Shown here piece after piece: positions 59,450 to 64,000 of a stretch of 64,000 nucleotides of DNA. Under the pieces are notes generated by a model. That model saw only the letters and a list, made by a program, of their open reading frames with translations, did not search any database and was not told the DNA's origin. Within the stretch, counting starts at the first letter, position 1, and the number at the start of each line of letters is the position of its first letter. Origin of the DNA: Syntrophales bacterium (GTDB lineage Bacteria; Desulfobacterota; Syntrophia; Syntrophales; UBA2210); contig CAXXNF010000002.1 in assembly GCA_963666365.2 (NCBI GenBank), positions 448,001-512,000 of the forward strand, read 5' to 3'. A program made the translations under genes and the position numbers.

Positions 59450-60069
59450 GATGAAGCACTCAGTCTTTCGGAGGTAATTAACAGCGCGCCCAATCGCACC
59501 ATCTCCTCAAGCGCCTGCGCGCCGTCGCCGGGGTTGACATTGACGGCCCTGATTGCATCGGTCATGACATAGACTTCGTAGCCGGCTTTCCGCGCATCCT
59601 TCACCGAGTTCAATACGCAGTATTCGGTGGCCAGGCCGCAGATGAACAGTCGTGAAGTCCCTAAAGATTTCAAGAGTTCGTCTTCCGTCTGTCCGGAAGG
59701 ATCGCGCCCCTGCAGGGTTGAATATTGATCGTGCGCCGGATCGTTCCCCTTGGATATGATGACGGCCTTTTCCGGTACCATGAGGTTGGCGGCAAATTCG
59801 GCGCCTTTTGTATATTGCACGCAATGCGGGGGCCATGGTCCGTTTTTTTCTATAAAGGAGCTGTGATGGGCGGGATGCCAGTCTCGGGTAATAAATATAG
59901 GGAGTCCTTCACTTCTGAACAGTTCTATAACGCGATTGGTTAAAGGGATCACCTCGTCTCCGCCGGAGACGCCGAGCGCTCCTCCCGGCAGAAAGTCGTT
60001 CTGCATATCCGTGACCGACAGGGCATCCCCCTTCCGCACAAGGATTGTACTTTGAATTGTCGCCGTCAT
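59446..60069 (-). CDS. pncA: Nicotinamidase/pyrazinamidase
   Basis: DMQNDF.PGGAL, DWHP..H.SF, WPPHCVQ, GLATEYCV; overlaps pncB. Confidence 0.93.
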   Translation of the reverse strand: MTATIQSTILVRKGDALSVTDMQNDFLPGGALGVSGGDEVIPLTNRVIELFRSEGLPIFITRDWHPAHHSSFIEKNGPWPPHCVQYTKGAEFAANLMVPEKAVIISKGNDPAHDQYSTLQGRDPSGQTEDELLKSLGTSRLFICGLATEYCVLNSVKDARKAGYEVYVMTDAIRAVNVNPGDGAQALEEMVRLGALLITSERLSASS

Positions 60070-60140
60070 GAGATTTCCTCCCGAGTATGATCGCTATATG
60101 TACCAATATTCGACTATAAATACAATGGCTGATGAAAGTG

Positions 60141-60183
60141 AAAAGGGCCTGCCGTAACGATGTGAGGTTGCGGTCAAGCCCTT
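60141..60183 (-). terminator. Putative terminator after acyl-CoA dehydrogenase
   Basis: Minus strand AAGGGCTTGACCGCAAC...GTTACGGCAGGCCCTTTT imperfect hairpin plus T-run. Confidence 0.45.
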
Positions 60184-60218
60184 CAACTGATGTTTCTCTG
60201 CAGGAGTTTTACGGGTCG

Positions 60219-62015
60219 CTATTGGGGAAACTCGTCCTCCCCCATTAACGAAAGAATCCGATCGTATCTTTTTATGGCGTCGATCTTCCCATAGACGAGA
60301 GGAAGCAGCGAACCGATGTAGAATTTGGCGGTGTTGATTTTGGCGGTATAGAAGGGAGACGTTCCACTCTTCGCCTGTGCATCACTGGCCTTCTTCGCCT
60401 GCCAGATAAACATCCAGGCCAGCACGACATCCCCGAATATTTCAAGATAGGGAGTTGCCCAGGATTGCGCAAGATAGGGGTCGTCTCCCGAAGCCTGTTC
60501 CAGGAGGAACCGGGTAATTTCCTCCAGCGCGGTGATCGATTTTTCGACTTCACCCGCGTAGGACGTCAGCTCATCCACGTTCATCGCCGCCTCGACGGCA
60601 GTTTTCATTTCCGAAAGCACGGCCTTCAATGCCGCCTGATCCTTCATTCTGATCTTTCTGCCGAAGAGATCGATGGACTGAATTCCGTTGGTACCCTCAT
60701 AAATGGAGGTGATCTTGCAGTCACGTGCGAACTGTTCGACCTTGTATTCTTTGCAATAGCCGTAGCCGCCATGGACCTGAATGGCCCGTGTACAGACCTC
60801 GAAGGCTCTGTCCGTGGAATAGGCCTTGCTGATGGGGGTCATAAGCTCCACAAGATTCTGCCATTTCGCCTTTTCGGTATCATCGGTGCTTGCCGCCTCG
60901 CGGTCCATGCAGTAAGCCGTGTAAAGAATGGCGGCCCTCAGTCCCTCGGTGTAGGCCCTCATCCACAGAAGGTTTCTTTTTACGTCGGGGTGGGTAATGA
61001 TGGGAACCTGCTCGAAGCTTTTAGAGCCGAACCTGCCTCCCTGCTTTCGTTCACGGGCGAAATCCAGTGCGTGCAGATAGGCGGCGCTTCCCTGAGAAAG
61101 ACCCTGCAATCCAACGAGAAGCCGCTGCTCGTTCATCATGTGGAACATAACCACGATGCCCTTTTGCTCCGGTCCCAGAAGCTCGCCCCTGCAGGCGCCG
61201 TTGTCGCCGAAGTTCAGGACGGCGGTGGCGGAACCCCGCAGCCCCATTTTGTGCTCGACGCCGGAGCAGACAAGATCATTGGCTTCACCCAGCGTTCCGT
61301 CGTCATTGACGCGGTATTTGGGGACAATGAAACAGGAGAGGCCCCGGGTGCCTTCGGGGGCGCCTTCTATCCTCGCCAGTACGATATGTACGATATTGTC
61401 CGTGAAATTATGATCCCCCCCGGTGATGAATATCTTTCCACCGGTAATTGAATAGGAGCCGTCGGGATTTTTTACGGCCTTTGTGCGCGCGGCGCCGACG
61501 TCGCTGCCTGCCATGGTTTCCGTCAGATCCATGGTGCCGCCGTAGGTTCCTTCATAGAGGGGTTGCATGTATGTGCGTTTCTGCTCCTCCGTGCCGTAGA
61601 GTTCGATTACCTTGGCGGCGCTGTGGGTAAGTCCCATATAGGCCGTGAGCGCCATGTTCGCCCCGAAAAAGAGCTCGTGCGATGCAAAGCTTACACAGAC
61701 CGGGGCGTTCTGCCCCCCTACCTCATAGTCGTCGGGGAGGCTCATCCAGCCGCCTTCACAATATTTCTGAAAGGGGGTCTTAAAAATTCCCGGTGCCTTT
61801 ACGATGCCGTCTTCTATGCGGCATCCGATTTCATCTCCCTCGCTGTTGGCGGGAGCGAATTCGTTCAAGGCAAGCTTTTCCGCAGTGTCTACAATCATTT
61901 CGAAGGTTTCCCTCGAGTGATCCTGGAACTTTTCCGTCGTGCACAGATCTTCGATGCCCAACTGCTCGTAGAGGACAAATCGCATGTCACGAACATCAAC
62001 TGTTTTGTTTTCCAT
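60219..62015 (-). CDS. Acyl-CoA dehydrogenase (long, about 600 aa subfamily)
   Basis: MDLTE..AGSD, GGKIFITGG, EHKMG, MFHMMN, QVHGGYGY, IYEGTNGIQ. Confidence 0.95.
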   Translation of the reverse strand: MENKTVDVRDMRFVLYEQLGIEDLCTTEKFQDHSRETFEMIVDTAEKLALNEFAPANSEGDEIGCRIEDGIVKAPGIFKTPFQKYCEGGWMSLPDDYEVGGQNAPVCVSFASHELFFGANMALTAYMGLTHSAAKVIELYGTEEQKRTYMQPLYEGTYGGTMDLTETMAGSDVGAARTKAVKNPDGSYSITGGKIFITGGDHNFTDNIVHIVLARIEGAPEGTRGLSCFIVPKYRVNDDGTLGEANDLVCSGVEHKMGLRGSATAVLNFGDNGACRGELLGPEQKGIVVMFHMMNEQRLLVGLQGLSQGSAAYLHALDFARERKQGGRFGSKSFEQVPIITHPDVKRNLLWMRAYTEGLRAAILYTAYCMDREAASTDDTEKAKWQNLVELMTPISKAYSTDRAFEVCTRAIQVHGGYGYCKEYKVEQFARDCKITSIYEGTNGIQSIDLFGRKIRMKDQAALKAVLSEMKTAVEAAMNVDELTSYAGEVEKSITALEEITRFLLEQASGDDPYLAQSWATPYLEIFGDVVLAWMFIWQAKKASDAQAKSGTSPFYTAKINTAKFYIGSLLPLVYGKIDAIKRYDRILSLMGEDEFPQ

Positions 62016-62084
62016 TAGCCTTCTCTCTCCTTCACTAAAAATTCAGGAGAGAACTATATACAATTATTTATAAAAATAAAACCT

Positions 62085-63695
62085 CTATTCAAACACCTTT
62101 TTTAAATCATTTTTAAGGATTTTACCGGTGGGATTGCGGGGAAACTCCGTCATGAATTCGACGAACTCCGGCACCTTGTATTTGGCAAGCCGTTCTTTCA
62201 GATACTCCTTGACCTCGTCGGCGGTCATGGAGCCCGGCTCCTTCAGGATGATACAGGCGCGTACCCGTTCTCCGAGTGCGGGATCGGGGGCGCCGATCAC
62301 CGCGACATCGGCGATCTTCGGGTGACCTTCGAGAGGAATTTCAATTTCCCGGGGATAGATGTTTTCGCCGCCCCGATTGATCATTTCTTTCTTGCGGCCC
62401 GATATGTACAGATATCCCCGTTCATCCATGTAGCCCATGTCGCCGGTATGCAGCCATCCATCCCTGACGGCTTCGGCAGTGGCTTCGGGTTTGTTCAGGT
62501 AGCCGATCATTACCGCATCGCCCCTGATGCATATCTCGCCCTTGTCGCCGTAAGGAAGAATGGTGTTGTCGTCGTCCATGATTTCCACTTCAAGGCTGGG
62601 GTAGGGGACGCCGATTGATGCCCTGTTTTCCGGAGTGTTGATGCTGGAGCTGGTGACGCCCGTCGCCTCGGTAAGACCGTAGCCGTCCACCACTTCCACA
62701 TTGAATTTTTCCTTGAACCCGTCGATCAATTCAGGCGGCATCGGTGCGGCGCCCGAGAAGGCGTAGCGGAGTTTCAGTCTGCCGTAATCGATGGTTGCAG
62801 GGTCGGCGGCATTGTAAATATAGGCGTACATAGCGGGAACGCCCTGCACGATAGTTACTCCGTACTTGACAATGGACGGCCAGAAATCGGAGGGCGAGAA
62901 GGTGCGTCTGATGCACAGGGTCAACCCCATATAGAGAACCGGATAGGTGTAGACACACAGCGGGTTTGTATGAAACATGGGCAGGATAATCAGAAAGATG
63001 TCGCCGGGTCTGCTGACGCCCATTCTTCCTCTGTCCTTGCAGATGGTAAGCTGATTTTTATTGGAAAGCAATATCCCCTTGGGCATGCCGGTCGTTCCCG
63101 ACGAATAGAGCAGAAGAAAGGGATCTTCCGGTAACTGAGGGACGAGGCACTCATCGGCGGGGTACCCTGCGAGTATTTTCTTGAGCGTGCCCGAGGCGAT
63201 GTCGGCGTCGTGCGCCACCTCGGTAACCACCTCGATTACAAGTGGTTTATGGGATGAGAGGTGCCATCCCCTTGCGAACTCGGTCATGTACTCACTGCCG
63301 ACGAAGGCGACCTTCGGTTTCGAATCTTCGAGAACGTAGGCGATCTCCGGTCCTTTCAGCATGTAATTGATGGCGCCGGCAACGGCGCCGAGTTTCTGCG
63401 CCCCGAACATGGTGTAATAGATGTCGGGCGAGTTTAACACCATCACCGAGACGAAATCCCCCTTGGCAACCCCCTTTTCCTTGAGAAAGTTGGCCACCCT
63501 GTTCGCACGTTCATTCACCTGGGCGTAGGTGACAACCTCGTCGTAGTACAGTACATAGGTTTCTTCGGGGATCTCCTGCGCCCTGCACGTCAGCATCTCC
63601 GCGATGCTGGCGAATTCAAGGCGCTTTCCCTTCAGGACCTCCATTTCAGTCAGTTCAACGATTTTACGCACGTAACGCCTGCTCTTGTCTATCAT
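62085..63695 (-). CDS. AMP-forming acyl-CoA synthetase (fatty acid-CoA ligase family)
   Basis: YSSGTTGMPKG, GYGLTE, GWLHTGD, GRKKEMI.RGGENIYP.EIE, PRNPTGKI. Confidence 0.95.
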   Translation of the reverse strand: MIDKSRRYVRKIVELTEMEVLKGKRLEFASIAEMLTCRAQEIPEETYVLYYDEVVTYAQVNERANRVANFLKEKGVAKGDFVSVMVLNSPDIYYTMFGAQKLGAVAGAINYMLKGPEIAYVLEDSKPKVAFVGSEYMTEFARGWHLSSHKPLVIEVVTEVAHDADIASGTLKKILAGYPADECLVPQLPEDPFLLLYSSGTTGMPKGILLSNKNQLTICKDRGRMGVSRPGDIFLIILPMFHTNPLCVYTYPVLYMGLTLCIRRTFSPSDFWPSIVKYGVTIVQGVPAMYAYIYNAADPATIDYGRLKLRYAFSGAAPMPPELIDGFKEKFNVEVVDGYGLTEATGVTSSSINTPENRASIGVPYPSLEVEIMDDDNTILPYGDKGEICIRGDAVMIGYLNKPEATAEAVRDGWLHTGDMGYMDERGYLYISGRKKEMINRGGENIYPREIEIPLEGHPKIADVAVIGAPDPALGERVRACIILKEPGSMTADEVKEYLKERLAKYKVPEFVEFMTEFPRNPTGKILKNDLKKVFE

Positions 63696-64000
63696 ATCTC
63701 TCCCTCCGCATATTCGGGTTGCCGCTGCAACTACCCTGCACTACACGCCCTGTATCACAGTATGGATTCTTTGGAAATAGGGGGAAATAACGGGTAAAAA
63801 TGCAGTTGCTTCCCCATAGTGACTTCAGAGAACCCCGGAATTGAGGCGGAAACGTTTTTTTCAGAGAGACCGGTGGGAAACACAGTGTCTGCTGTGCCCG
63901 CCGTTACGGGAGTGCAATGAATTGTTATGACGTTGAGTGGGCGGCGGCACAGGTCTGAATTCGTTGCAGTGCTTCCTCAAGGAGAGTGCGTCTGCAGCCG

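Noticed and set aside
1..64000. CRISPR array, rRNA, IS transposase
   Set aside because: No regularly spaced repeats, rRNA-like sequence or transposase motifs were seen.
63696..64000. Gene or ncRNA in the right-hand terminal region
   Set aside because: No ORF or recognisable RNA motif; treated as upstream region of the acyl-CoA ligase, cut by the window edge.

Overview
64-kb chromosomal window of a Gram-negative anaerobe; gene content (many PAS kinases, acyl-CoA metabolism, IHF/KhpA paralogs, sigma54-like sites) suggests Desulfobacterota/Syntrophales-like, which is inference. The left edge is the boundary of a tRNA-Arg(TCT)-integrated element: the N-terminal part of a P4-type tyrosine integrase, not in the ORF track, next to a displaced tRNA 3' half. 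Most of the rest is housekeeping: two-component systems, corA, a tamB-Omp85 pair with about 7 POTRA domains, a DAK2-DegV (FakA-FakB) fusion, glycogen debranching enzyme, menG/ubiE, nnr, queDEC, pncAB, acyl-CoA dehydrogenase and ligase. The most unusual part is 47.1-58.0 kb: three adjacent large secreted proteins that each carry a dockerin-like duplicated Ca-binding module, plus an archaeal-style NosD beta-helix, TSP3-like loops and Cys-rich slime-mould-type repeats. This is a candidate non-cellulosomal, dockerin-based surface or adhesion complex. It lies just downstream of a possible amino-sugar/cell-wall scavenging run (NahK-like kinase, Na+ symporter, C45 hydrolase, serine hydrolase). No CRISPR array, rRNA or intact tRNA was found. 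All family assignments are from motif recognition by eye; no searches were run.
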